Below are positions 46,752 through 56,472 of a stretch of DNA of 64,000 nt, in pieces (position 1 is the stretch's first letter; each line of letters begins with the position of its first letter). The DNA is from a virus. Made by a program: the position numbers and the translations under genes. The notes below the pieces were generated by a model. That model had not been told where the DNA came from, made no database searches, and saw only the letters and a program-made list of their open reading frames with translations. The stretch lies in the IMG/VR virus record IMGVR_UViG_3300009495_000012. One strand, given 5' to 3'.

Positions 46752-47015
46752 ATGAGTGAAGAACTATTTGATTTTGGGTTCACTATTGTTGATGCAGATG
46801 AACTGGATGTTGTGCAAGAAGCACAAACTAAGGTTGTAGAAGCATCATCAAGTGTAGACTCAACAACAGAACGATTAGATAAGTTATACAATGCGATACA
46901 ACCATTGTTAAACAATCTTAAACAGAATCCAGAAAAGGATTACATATTGTGGCCCAAACGACTTGATAAGATCGAGCAGTTCGAGACCCACATACAAAAC
47001 ATTTACAAGGGATAA
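46752..47015 (+). CDS. Conserved hypothetical protein
   Basis: FDFGFTIVDADEL..LDKLYNAIQPLLNNLKQNPEKDYILWP.R. Confidence 0.75.
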   Translation: MSEELFDFGFTIVDADELDVVQEAQTKVVEASSSVDSTTERLDKLYNAIQPLLNNLKQNPEKDYILWPKRLDKIEQFETHIQNIYKG

Positions 47016-47017
47016 CC

Positions 47018-47923
47018 ATGATCTATAGAGCAGTCAATGAATTGGTTGCGAATGGTCTACGAAGAGGCAAGACTTCTCAAAGTAGATACATTCATAACGA
47101 AACCAAGAAGAATCAGTGGGGTAAGTTAAACTACCTACTTGGTGCAGAGCAACGTAAAAATGATATTGACGTTCAATGGGAAGATGGACATTCACACGTA
47201 GTAAGTGAAGTGTTCAACTACGTGCCCATGTTAATGAATTATATCACTCTCCGTGGATACAGAAAGATCCTATTCGTAGGACACTTTAACACAGCACAGA
47301 AGAACTGGTCTTTCCCACGTGGATCTGATAGGGATTTGTTTCTCACTCCATCATATAAGTCTATTGCAGAAACAATGACTGATCCTAATATATGGGTTCA
47401 GTTCTTACCTGTAGTGTTTATGGCATATAAGTATTGGAAACCACAAGGATACTTTACTGAGATGCATACTGCTGTGCCACCAGAGTCACGTCATCGTGGT
47501 ATAATGAATGCTGTTTATAGAAGATATGAGATGTCTCTGGTTCCAATGAGTGGACAATACAAACACGGTGATAATTCTGTTAGTATAGAGACACCACCAG
47601 ACACTAGTTATGATTGTGTTATATTTGCAGGTGTTCCCAAGAAAACCGAAGATACCGAAGTAACACATCACCACATTAGAAGTACGTTTGCACCATACTG
47701 TAAGAACGGATTTGATATTATTGATTTGAACTACCAGAGTCATGATCACACCAAACACATTGGTGGAGTAGTGCACGAAAACCAAGAATGGTTAAACGAA
47801 GTGTTTGCTATGCGTAATATTTGGGATGATCACTTCAGAGGTTTGTCCGAAGAAGATAAGGCAATTGAATATGCTATACTGGATAATATGATTAGTACTT
47901 ACAGTACTCGTAAGTTCAATTAA
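47018..47923 (+). CDS. Hypothetical protein (301 aa)
   Basis: Long ORF co-oriented with the late promoter; no family recognised. Confidence 0.7.
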   Translation: MIYRAVNELVANGLRRGKTSQSRYIHNETKKNQWGKLNYLLGAEQRKNDIDVQWEDGHSHVVSEVFNYVPMLMNYITLRGYRKILFVGHFNTAQKNWSFPRGSDRDLFLTPSYKSIAETMTDPNIWVQFLPVVFMAYKYWKPQGYFTEMHTAVPPESRHRGIMNAVYRRYEMSLVPMSGQYKHGDNSVSIETPPDTSYDCVIFAGVPKKTEDTEVTHHHIRSTFAPYCKNGFDIIDLNYQSHDHTKHIGGVVHENQEWLNEVFAMRNIWDDHFRGLSEEDKAIEYAILDNMISTYSTRKFN

Positions 47924-48792
47924 TCCCAGTCTACGTTCTTAGGTACATAACCCTTAATTTTACGTCTGACATCTTTATCTAACTGATCGATAGAGGTAGG
48001 TGGTTTGCCCTGCTTCTTGACGTAGAAGTAATTCGCATCTTTAACGTACGAACCGCCCTTACCAGATGTTGCAAGGTTAGCATCAACACCAACCTTGTTG
48101 AATGCGAATACGATATCCCCATCCATATACTTCTTGAGTTTATTACCCATGTTGATGATATCACCCATGGTATTAGCGGCACCACGGTGTGTGTTGATTA
48201 GAATCTCTGAAGGAACTCTACGTGCACGTTTAGCATTCTGTGCTTGTGCAACTTCGATGTCGTTCACTACCCATACGATATGGATGTTCTTCTTGTCGTA
48301 ACCCAACTTAGATGCATCATTGGCAACCTTCTCAAGTTTGCTTAACTCTTTAAAGGTCATATCAAAGATGATGTTTGGTTTACGATCAGCAGGTGACGTG
48401 AGAATAGAACGGTAGAACATACGTTCCTTACCTTTATCTGCTCCAAGAAAGTTTGCGATGATATCGTGTAGTTTAGATACGTTCTCTGGATTCTTTAGAT
48501 CTTTACCAAGTGCTTCGATGTCAACACCAAGTTCTTTCTTTACTCTCTTTTTGATAGAGGGTGTTTTAGATGCAAGTCTCTTCAACTCGTCAACGTCAAA
48601 CACCTTCCCCTCTACACCAACCAACTTGTTAAGAACAAACCCTTTACCAGATCCCGCACCACCTGCCATTACGACAATGTTACCGAACTTAGGATATGCT
48701 TTACCACCGAACGTGATAAGTTTCTCCATCAAGTCTTCGGCAGTATTCTGCATTAGTTCTTGTTCTGTTATAAAATGGTTGAACTTCTTCAT
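47920..48792 (-). CDS. P-loop NTPase/kinase (zeta-toxin/AAA_33-like)
   Basis: VVMAGGAGSGKGFV Walker A, FDVDEL, NIIFDMT, AQAQNAKRARRVP. Confidence 0.75.
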   Translation of the reverse strand: MKKFNHFITEQELMQNTAEDLMEKLITFGGKAYPKFGNIVVMAGGAGSGKGFVLNKLVGVEGKVFDVDELKRLASKTPSIKKRVKKELGVDIEALGKDLKNPENVSKLHDIIANFLGADKGKERMFYRSILTSPADRKPNIIFDMTFKELSKLEKVANDASKLGYDKKNIHIVWVVNDIEVAQAQNAKRARRVPSEILINTHRGAANTMGDIINMGNKLKKYMDGDIVFAFNKVGVDANLATSGKGGSYVKDANYFYVKKQGKPPTSIDQLDKDVRRKIKGYVPKNVDWD

Positions 48793-48826
48793 CGAGAATA
48801 AGTCTCTGTTGTTAGTTTGATACTCT

Positions 48827-48834
48827 TATTTATA
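48827..48834 (-). promoter_or_regulatory. T4-type late promoter TATAAATA
   Basis: Exact consensus upstream of the P-loop gene. Confidence 0.7.
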
Positions 48835-49015
48835 CAAATAGAGCAATCAAGATCAAGACTAATGCAGAATAAATTACCCTTGGGTAAACCATATGTGCAC
48901 TCTTAATATCTTTACAGGTCAACAGTACTTCCTCGTACAACCATGAAAGGACATCTATTGCTGAGTCTCTTACATCTTCCCATCTGATTGATTTAATTTT
49001 ATTTAATATTTTCAT
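48830..49015 (-). CDS. Small membrane protein
   Basis: 61 aa with hydrophobic C-terminus. Confidence 0.55.
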   Translation of the reverse strand: MKILNKIKSIRWEDVRDSAIDVLSWLYEEVLLTCKDIKSAHMVYPRVIYSALVLILIALFV

Positions 49016-49641
49016 TACTTCTCCACTTTAATAGTTACGTTATTACCGATAGGAAATTTGATCCTATCATGACTATGATACAGGAAAAACTCCGTCTTGT
49101 CAAATTCTTCGAACAATCCAGTCCAAACGGGTCTCCAATTGTTTGCGAGACGAAAGGTGTTTTCATTACTACGGTCTGATTCGAGTAGTAGGTCTGTATA
49201 ACTTCTTAAAGTGGTATCGAACATAGAGTCGAAACCATATATGTGCACCTCAGTCGCACCCTTTGCACGACATGCATAATCAACTGCCATATGACCGCAA
49301 CTATAGTTAGTTGCCGCTTGATTGGCATTTTGCCCTTGTAGTTGTGCATACTCTGGTACGTGCGTATGCATTGCTTTAATCTTCTGTGCATACTTCATGT
49401 AGAATGCAGGATTCATTTCCATCCAGTGTCTTGGACGTGTACCAAGGATCCAGTCGTACATATCTAACTGAATCTTACCTTCTGCTAATGCACCCATCAT
49501 TTTATAGTCTACCATACAGGTAGCAAAGACTTCGGTGTTAGGTACCTCGAAAGGGGGCATGTTACATATTAATAACTTACCCTCAGTTCCTCTTTTAAAT
49601 TGATACGCATGATCACCATTGCCGAGCACATTCCATCTCAT
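49015..49641 (-). CDS. Hypothetical protein, possibly a sialyltransferase/MAF-like sugar transferase fold
   Basis: NVLGNG N-terminus, YSCGHMAVDYA..ATEVHIYGFDS. Confidence 0.45.
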   Translation of the reverse strand: MRWNVLGNGDHAYQFKRGTEGKLLICNMPPFEVPNTEVFATCMVDYKMMGALAEGKIQLDMYDWILGTRPRHWMEMNPAFYMKYAQKIKAMHTHVPEYAQLQGQNANQAATNYSCGHMAVDYACRAKGATEVHIYGFDSMFDTTLRSYTDLLLESDRSNENTFRLANNWRPVWTGLFEEFDKTEFFLYHSHDRIKFPIGNNVTIKVEK

Positions 49642-49655
49642 AATCTAATCCTTAA

Positions 49656-50111
49656 TTAAATATATGGGTTTACTTCTGGATCAGTTGGATCCACATTTAA
49701 TCGTTCACTTAAAACAACTCTGTTACTTAGGTGTTCTGCTTCTACGTCATCTTTAGACTGACCATGGTATGCCACTGCCAAACCATCACGAATCATGATA
49801 TCATTCACAGTCATCTGTGTATCACTGACACCATCATATACTAAGAATTGTCCGAGGATCCGTCCATACTTTCCCGACTTGTCCTTGTGAGTTCTGAGTA
49901 CGCACTCTTCTCCGAGTTTGTCCGATAGGAACTTCCCTGCCATCTTCCCGAAATACTTTTCAATAGGATCTCTCGTCCTCGATTCGGGAGTATCAATACC
50001 GTATAGACGAATACGCTGGTTAGCATAGACAATACCGAAACCACAATCAATATCGACATCCACAGTATCACCGTCAACAACTCTGCGGATTTTACAATTA
50101 TATTCATACAT
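49656..50111 (-). CDS. Thermonuclease (SNase) family endonuclease
   Basis: RVVDGDTVDVDID..RIRLYGIDTPESRT..GKYGRILG. Confidence 0.92.
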   Translation of the reverse strand: MYEYNCKIRRVVDGDTVDVDIDCGFGIVYANQRIRLYGIDTPESRTRDPIEKYFGKMAGKFLSDKLGEECVLRTHKDKSGKYGRILGQFLVYDGVSDTQMTVNDIMIRDGLAVAYHGQSKDDVEAEHLSNRVVLSERLNVDPTDPEVNPYI

Positions 50112-50533
50112 TACTTACCTTCCTTTTCTTCTTCTATCGGTTCTGGAACTTCATCCTCGTTCATTGTACGATAGTATACAACAACTTCCTTTAATTGATT
50201 TATATATCGTTTGATCTCTTGCATGTTGTAGGACATCAATTCATAGTCTCCTACAGACATTGCAACAAACACTAAGTCACCTGCGTGACGTTTTCTAATG
50301 TCTGTCTGAAATGTATCGATATTCTTTTCTGACACAACATACCACTGCGGTACCTTTAGATCTATTTGCCTTGGTAGTTCTGGGTGAATGATGGGGATCT
50401 TAACCTCAACAGTTTTAATCTCTACAGGGATTGGAGCAGGTGGTTTACCAAAACTCATACCCAAAGTAGAGCAACCACTAATCGTCAATAGTGTCAATGA
50501 TAGCAGTATCGTCTTCGATGCTCTTAAATACAT
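50111..50533 (-). CDS. Outer-membrane lipoprotein, o-spanin (Rz1-like)
   Basis: Lipobox LTISGC after a signal peptide; Pro-rich; overlaps the end of the i-spanin gene. Confidence 0.7.
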   Translation of the reverse strand: MYLRASKTILLSLTLLTISGCSTLGMSFGKPPAPIPVEIKTVEVKIPIIHPELPRQIDLKVPQWYVVSEKNIDTFQTDIRKRHAGDLVFVAMSVGDYELMSYNMQEIKRYINQLKEVVVYYRTMNEDEVPEPIEEEKEGK

Positions 50534-50882
50534 TTGCAGTCCCCTTGTTAATTCTTGTTTCTATTAGACCAGGCTTTGCACTTGCAAGTCGTGCCAGATC
50601 GTGACGTGCAAAGATGCTGAGATACCTTTTGTTCTCATTCTCTATCTCTGCGTTCCTCGTGTTGAGAGTACCAAGTGCTTCGGTAGTCTTTTTTAAGTTG
50701 TTTTCCATTGCCTCAATAGTTCTTGCTTGTTCTGCTTCTCTTGTTTCGAAAGCAACAAGTAAAGAACCTTGGGTTGCAATAGTCGCATTCAACTCTGCGA
50801 TTGTTCGGTCTGTTGTCATCTTATACGTGAATCCCATGATCCCCATTATAAGAATCAGACCCATTAGTAATTTACTAAACAT
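50478..50882 (-). CDS. Inner-membrane i-spanin (Rz-like)
   Basis: N-terminal TM helix then coiled coil; LASAKPGLIETRINKGT. Confidence 0.7.
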   Translation of the reverse strand: MFSKLLMGLILIMGIMGFTYKMTTDRTIAELNATIATQGSLLVAFETREAEQARTIEAMENNLKKTTEALGTLNTRNAEIENENKRYLSIFARHDLARLASAKPGLIETRINKGTANVFKSIEDDTAIIDTIDD

Positions 50883-51588
50883 CGTGCCAATTCTCCTTTA
50901 TATATTTTAAATATTCCAACTCATGTGGTTTTGGTTTGCCACCACAATCTACTATCTTACATTCAGATGGTAGGTAAGACGGGAACTTCCATGCTCCCAA
51001 TATCTTCTCACCGAGATGAAATTTTAAGTTTAATTTCAGACTGGGATTACTTTCATCCATATACCAAACGTCTGATATACCACCAGGCCACCATTCTTCA
51101 AGTAACCTGCCAACCCAGACTTGATCACCACCATCATAATCAAATAGTCTCCATGATTCTAAATTGAAGAGGTCATGCACATCTTTCATCTCACCCCTCT
51201 TCAATACCATCATTGAACTACTATATTTATTGTTTTTCCAACCTATAGCATCTGAGATACATGCAACTTTATAGTTTTTTTGGTTTAACTTATCCATTGC
51301 CTCTTGTATCTCATCATCAAAGTTCTTGATCAATACTGTATCAATGTCCAGATAGACTGCAAACTCATCTTTATAAAACGAGTCATATACTTTGATCTTG
51401 TTCCACCAACCCTTACCTGCACCATACGGTGGTTCTACAGTAACGGCAATGTCATTAATCTCATCTGGTCTATCAGTAATACAATAAGCATTCACCTCAA
51501 ACTCTGATAGTTCTTTGAATCGTGTAATCAATTTACGAGCATACGTCATTGGATATGCGTCTGTACATACTGTAATAAGTGATATCAT
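50875..51588 (-). CDS. Glycosyltransferase, GT-A fold
   Basis: GWWNKI..VYLDIDTVL..YSSSMM..GGDQVWV..GGKPKPH. Confidence 0.8.
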   Translation of the reverse strand: MISLITVCTDAYPMTYARKLITRFKELSEFEVNAYCITDRPDEINDIAVTVEPPYGAGKGWWNKIKVYDSFYKDEFAVYLDIDTVLIKNFDDEIQEAMDKLNQKNYKVACISDAIGWKNNKYSSSMMVLKRGEMKDVHDLFNLESWRLFDYDGGDQVWVGRLLEEWWPGGISDVWYMDESNPSLKLNLKFHLGEKILGAWKFPSYLPSECKIVDCGGKPKPHELEYLKYIKENWHDV

Positions 51589-51589
51589 A

Positions 51590-52255
51590 TTATGCCTCTA
51601 ATATAAGATACTTCCCAACCTTTTGATCTATACCATGCTTTGCATGACATCCTTCATGTGTCTGTACTGTAGAGAAAGTATCTTCTACTTCGACTATCCA
51701 TGGATAGTGCTCTTCAAGAAACGGGAAGTTGTCCCTATTCAAATAAACATCTGTTGGTTCACTGTTTGTTCTAACTTTATCGATTAGCATCTCTGCACCA
51801 AGAGGTGATACAATGTATGCATGTGCACCCCCAAAATATCTCTTATGTACTAACAGTTGAGTACCCAGAGTTTCTGGTGTATTGTAAGTACCGTAACTTG
51901 GTTTGCCAATAGTCACACACCTATCAAACGGAATGTTTCTTACAGTATCCGTAAATATAGCATCATGCTCAAGTATCATTGTATTACATTTGTTCTCTAC
52001 AGCATATTGCCATAATGACATATGTGATAGAAAACATGCCAGAGCATTCTCTGGTCGAGAGTAACCCGTAGAAAATGCCTCTATATTAAGACCCGTGTTT
52101 TCTACCATGTCCTCGAACCCTTCAGTTCTTGGAGTAATAGCAGGGAACCGAGTCACTGACATATTTCTTTTTCGTGCACTATCAATACATCTCTGCGATG
52201 CTTCCACAGAGTCTTTATTGTCCATTATAGTGATTACGAAATTAGTTGGTGTCAC
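51590..52255 (-). CDS. Glycosyltransferase family 25-like
   Basis: RFPAITP..ACFLSHMSLW..MILEHDA..GAHAYIVSP.GA. Confidence 0.85.
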   Translation of the reverse strand: MTPTNFVITIMDNKDSVEASQRCIDSARKRNMSVTRFPAITPRTEGFEDMVENTGLNIEAFSTGYSRPENALACFLSHMSLWQYAVENKCNTMILEHDAIFTDTVRNIPFDRCVTIGKPSYGTYNTPETLGTQLLVHKRYFGGAHAYIVSPLGAEMLIDKVRTNSEPTDVYLNRDNFPFLEEHYPWIVEVEDTFSTVQTHEGCHAKHGIDQKVGKYLILEA

Positions 52256-52527
52256 TTTGCGATTACCATCTTGACATGTTCGATGTCAATAACCGCACAC
52301 TTCAGTCCGTCAACTTCTACTGGCATTGACTTAGACCAATCCAAGTATACAGTGTCACGTGCTTTTAGTGTTTCTTTATATTCGTTTGCCACTGCAAGAC
52401 TTACTGCGAGTACAGTTGCGGGTTTGTGTCCAGAGGTAATACTTTCGGTTAACAGAATACCACCTGCACTGGTACTTTCTTTTTCTGTGTTCTCAGTTAC
52501 AAGGATGTTGTTGTGTAATAAATTCAT
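52252..52527 (-). CDS. groES: Co-chaperonin GroES-like protein
   Basis: LLHNNILV..ESTSAGGILL (mobile loop)..ATVLAV. Confidence 0.75.
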   Translation of the reverse strand: MNLLHNNILVTENTEKESTSAGGILLTESITSGHKPATVLAVSLAVANEYKETLKARDTVYLDWSKSMPVEVDGLKCAVIDIEHVKMVIAK

Positions 52528-52534
52528 AATGTTC

Positions 52535-53257
52535 TCAATTAACAGTGGTACTCTTCACACCACTTACTTTAGTAAAATATGGATACGCAGTGCGGATCCA
52601 CGGAAATAGTTCTTTGCACATAAATGCATCGTTTGGATACATCCCGTACTCTTTTGCTCCCTCTAATAGTTTCTTTGCACCTACTGGAGTTATATAGTAG
52701 GCACTGTTACCTGCCAATCCATGTGGTACTGGTGGTTCTCCTACTGCCGATAGATTAGGAACTGGGTGAATTGTTTCTTGTGTTTCGGAATGTCTGGAAC
52801 TCACTTGTCCATGGAAACTAAGTGCTCTACGAGTTGCACCCCTTGGATCATTCAATCCAATTATATCTGCTTTGGGTTTACCGTCTGCACCAGTCAAATG
52901 ATGCGGTTGTAGTTCACGTGTTAGAATAGCATCTGACTCAAATATATACATTGGTCTTCCATAGTCAACACACTCTTGCCATGCTCTCATGTGACTTACC
53001 GAACACGCAATCTTCTTCTGCTGATCTTGTGCTTGATAGGTAAACTTATATAGTCCTGTTTTCATATCAAGACCATCTTGCTGAGAGTGCATGGGCCATG
53101 TCCACTTAAACCACGGGAACTGTTTAGTATCTTCCTTGATAGTATCTGGTGATGTCGCACGAAAAGATTCAGTGTAAACCCTTGAATTGTGCTTCTCAAT
53201 ACTTCTCTGCAACTCATCAAAATACTGTCCTTTTAATTGTATAACTAATGCTCTCAT
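52535..53257 (-). CDS. Glycosyltransferase family 25-like
   Basis: IACSVSHMRAW..IFESDA..GNSAYYITPVGAKKLL..PND. Confidence 0.8.
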   Translation of the reverse strand: MRALVIQLKGQYFDELQRSIEKHNSRVYTESFRATSPDTIKEDTKQFPWFKWTWPMHSQQDGLDMKTGLYKFTYQAQDQQKKIACSVSHMRAWQECVDYGRPMYIFESDAILTRELQPHHLTGADGKPKADIIGLNDPRGATRRALSFHGQVSSRHSETQETIHPVPNLSAVGEPPVPHGLAGNSAYYITPVGAKKLLEGAKEYGMYPNDAFMCKELFPWIRTAYPYFTKVSGVKSTTVN

Positions 53258-54042
53258 ATCGAACTCATCAACCCCTCAACATTCTCCCCTCGTTCTGGTA
53301 ACAAGTCTTTAAGGAAGAAGTGAATGAAGTGACATTCATCTAACTTAGTGTTGGCACCATATAATCCATTCCATTCATGACTCATGTGTTTAACATTAAC
53401 TGGATACTTCTTGATAAAGTAGTTCAGTAATGTCTGATCAGTAGACCACTTCCATGCTCCCTTACCATCGATAAAGTCTCTGAACTGTGGACGCATCAAG
53501 AACTCTTTGGCACTGTGATCTGCCAACCAAGTCTTAAACGTTCTGTTCATTACAATCATACCCATGTTAGCAAACTCAAATCCACGACTGTTAGGTTTGA
53601 AGTCTGCATTATTGCTGTGTAGAGAATGATATTGCATCTGTGAGTAGTTCTTGATCTTTGCCAGATAAGGTTCGGTGATAGGCATCTCACGTTCGAACAC
53701 TACACCCATATCACAATCATCACCAAACTCATCGAAGATATTGGGTGCGGTTGGTCTTATGTAGATGTCACTATCTATGATTGCCACTTGATCATAATTA
53801 TCAAGTAAGTCAAACGCATTCTCTTTCTCATAGATAGGAAGATATCCACCGTGCTTTTCATAACTATCAGTACTACGATTGCTACTGAATATATCGGGTT
53901 TGATCTTCAGTATAGGTTGGGTTTGTACGATATGTTCGATGTGATACTTCTCACAATAGTCTGCAACAGACTTGATACAGTGTTTATATAATTTACTGTT
54001 AGACGCTTCACCCAAGCACACTTGGTATATCATTCTTTTCAT
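53254..54042 (-). CDS. Glycosyltransferase, GT-A fold
   Basis: EKENAF..YDQVAIIDSDIYI..NMGMIVMN..TDQTLLNY..WN..HFIHFF. Confidence 0.85.
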   Translation of the reverse strand: MKRMIYQVCLGEASNSKLYKHCIKSVADYCEKYHIEHIVQTQPILKIKPDIFSSNRSTDSYEKHGGYLPIYEKENAFDLLDNYDQVAIIDSDIYIRPTAPNIFDEFGDDCDMGVVFEREMPITEPYLAKIKNYSQMQYHSLHSNNADFKPNSRGFEFANMGMIVMNRTFKTWLADHSAKEFLMRPQFRDFIDGKGAWKWSTDQTLLNYFIKKYPVNVKHMSHEWNGLYGANTKLDECHFIHFFLKDLLPERGENVEGLMSSI

Positions 54043-54044
54043 AA

Positions 54045-54278
54045 TTAATACTTCTTCACTATCCTAAAGTCGAATGGTTCTGTTGTTTTAATTTCAAGTT
54101 GTCTTCCAAGAAGATCAGTCGCAACAAAATGCTTTTGTGTTTTCTTGTGGATCTTCTTTACCTTATAGGTTTTCTTTACTGGTAGAGGTTGGAACTGATC
54201 AGTAGAAGGAAACCAGAAGGTAACTTCATACTCTTCCTTTAACCATGTCAACCATACCTCTTTTAATTTATTATACAT
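54045..54278 (-). CDS. Hypothetical protein
   Basis: 77-aa ORF packed between neighbours. Confidence 0.6.
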   Translation of the reverse strand: MYNKLKEVWLTWLKEEYEVTFWFPSTDQFQPLPVKKTYKVKKIHKKTQKHFVATDLLGRQLEIKTTEPFDFRIVKKY

Positions 54279-55254
54279 CTCTATAATCCTCCAAAGAGAA
54301 TGACGTGCCGATCATTTTTTGTTCTGCACGATTGTTATTAGTATACACTAAAGTTTCGGGTGCGTCAAGTAAAAAGTCACAATCTCTGCAATAATCTGTA
54401 TAAGTCTTATCCCTATGCGATTGTCTCAGTGCGGAATACTCCTCACCCCTAATGATCTCTTCAATAGTGTTCTCGGATGTGTGACCAAGTACTGCTTCTT
54501 CATCTCTACCAAGTACTTGACAACACGGGTGGACGGCACCACGTTTACCTTCTAATCCACCTGCACGTATTACTACGTCTGGAGAGAAAGGTCTACCACA
54601 TGATTTGGTCTCACCTTTACGTGCGTTTGTCTCTCCGATATCATATGCACCAGACCAGTTATGCATCTTCCAGATCTCGGTCTTACAACCCAGTTCTTCT
54701 ACTAATGCTTTGTACTGCTCCAGTTCTTGCTCAAGATTATCGTTGTCTGTAATAAGGTGGTATGTCTCTACAACACAATCCGATCCCGTTTCTTTAACGT
54801 AATCCATCATCTCTTTCACGTGTTTCTTAATTAACTCGTATGAAGATCCACGAGTATTGTTCATCCACTTGTCGTATAGTTCTGGTGTAGGGCCGATGAA
54901 CGAGAACCTAAAGAAGTCTAATCCTGCATCAACACAATCTCTCATGTACTGACCGTGCATACGGAAACCATTAGAGAAGATGACTGCCTTGGCATCATAC
55001 TTCTTAACGATCTTAATATATTCTGGTAGATTATTATTTAATGTTGCTTCCCCAGATCCATCCAGATTCACTACATTCATTCCATGCTGTTTACAGTCAG
55101 CAACGTTATCTTCGAAGTCGAGTAGATTCATCTTACGAAGAAAACCCTTATGTCTTCCTCCAGTCCTCTTATCTTGCGGACACATAGTACAGTCAAAATT
55201 ACAGGCACCCTGTATCTCTATGACTGCTCTGTCAATTTTAATCTCTGACTTCAT
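54271..55254 (-). CDS. Radical SAM enzyme with SPASM/twitch domain
   Basis: CNFDCTMC (CxxxCxxC), GSGEATL, FSNG; C-terminal C..PF..VI..G.VHPCC..LG..CRDC. Confidence 0.9.
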   Translation of the reverse strand: MKSEIKIDRAVIEIQGACNFDCTMCPQDKRTGGRHKGFLRKMNLLDFEDNVADCKQHGMNVVNLDGSGEATLNNNLPEYIKIVKKYDAKAVIFSNGFRMHGQYMRDCVDAGLDFFRFSFIGPTPELYDKWMNNTRGSSYELIKKHVKEMMDYVKETGSDCVVETYHLITDNDNLEQELEQYKALVEELGCKTEIWKMHNWSGAYDIGETNARKGETKSCGRPFSPDVVIRAGGLEGKRGAVHPCCQVLGRDEEAVLGHTSENTIEEIIRGEEYSALRQSHRDKTYTDYCRDCDFLLDAPETLVYTNNNRAEQKMIGTSFSLEDYRDV

Positions 55255-56116
55255 AATATTTCTTACTCCTTTCTTGATACTCTATTGCTTGTTTTCGTGG
55301 TATGCCCAGAAACTCTTTTATGTCTTTTAGGTACCACCATATGTTATAATTATCTTCTTTCAAACCAGATGCCGTTACTGCGTGTGGTGTGTGATACTTA
55401 GTTACTCCATCTTTACTTATAACTATCATAGGTACACTAAAGTTTCTTGCTATATAATGCCACATACCATCATAACATAATACTAATCTACATGTAGATA
55501 TCTCATAGAATGCTTCTGATACTGGTGTTCTATAGGTGAGTTCAACTACATTGAATCCCTGCCCACGCAACATACTTATTATATCATCCCATTCAACATT
55601 TGTCAACCCTCTTTTCCAAGTTCTTGGTATCTCTGCATTGAAGGTTGGTCTCCAGATAACTATCTTCATTTGACTACGAGGATGAACAATGTCATCACGA
55701 AACACCCAGTTGTTGTCTGGTATCTTTCCACCTATCTCATCTGAATACTTACCACTATCGAAATAGAACCTTGCCTTTTCTCCACGTGAATGCTTTGCTA
55801 CTTGTCTTGCATTACCATCTTCGTCTTTAATGATATCGTCTTTATACTTCCAGTGTTGGTATCTACTGACTGCATTGAAGACATGTACAACCTCAACATC
55901 ATCTTTCCTATGATAGAAATTATGTATGAATGCCATTCGTTCTATAATGGTCTCTTCCTCATCTGGATGATGTATATAATCCTCATCATGTTCCCAGTGC
56001 ATCTCTAAGATGGCAGTAGTTTTTTCTGCCCAACAGAAATTGTGGGCAGAATTAAGTGCCCACATAAAATCACCGACTCCCGGCGTACCACGCCAAGTAA
56101 TGAGTTCTGGTTGCAT
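55238..56116 (-). CDS. Putative glycosyltransferase (GT-B, GT9-like)
   Basis: PGVGDFMWAL N-terminus; KR.LTNVEW; YDGMWHYIA..VPMIVI echoes the DSG..HIA motif of GT9. Confidence 0.5.
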   Translation of the reverse strand: MQPELITWRGTPGVGDFMWALNSAHNFCWAEKTTAILEMHWEHDEDYIHHPDEEETIIERMAFIHNFYHRKDDVEVVHVFNAVSRYQHWKYKDDIIKDEDGNARQVAKHSRGEKARFYFDSGKYSDEIGGKIPDNNWVFRDDIVHPRSQMKIVIWRPTFNAEIPRTWKRGLTNVEWDDIISMLRGQGFNVVELTYRTPVSEAFYEISTCRLVLCYDGMWHYIARNFSVPMIVISKDGVTKYHTPHAVTASGLKEDNYNIWWYLKDIKEFLGIPRKQAIEYQERSKKYYEVRD

Positions 56117-56463
56117 TATTTTTTGCTTGTTATGGCATCTTTCGCATAGAAGGCGGCAACGATTGCGGCGACTGATACAAAGTATGTCGGTGCCATGTCA
56201 CCAAGGGTTTTAGATGCTTGATCAATACCAAACACTACACATAGTATTACCATTGCGGGATATAACAACATACCATACAATGAGAACCATGCCATCTTAC
56301 GTTGTGCATCACGCATTGCATCTGCGTCTTCCAACTCTTTACGTTTAAACTCAAGGTGCATTGACAGTTCTGATTCACTTACATGACCGTCTCCGTTGAT
56401 ATCTGCCCCTGCTAAACTACCATCTGAATCAACGGTAATCTGTTTCTTTTTTTCTTCTGCCAT
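56116..56463 (-). CDS. Two-TM membrane protein, possibly holin-like
   Basis: DINGDG EF-like segment; QRKMAWFSL..; YFVSVAAIVAAFY. Confidence 0.55.
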   Translation of the reverse strand: MAEEKKKQITVDSDGSLAGADINGDGHVSESELSMHLEFKRKELEDADAMRDAQRKMAWFSLYGMLLYPAMVILCVVFGIDQASKTLGDMAPTYFVSVAAIVAAFYAKDAITSKK

Positions 56464-56472
56464 TTTTATCTC

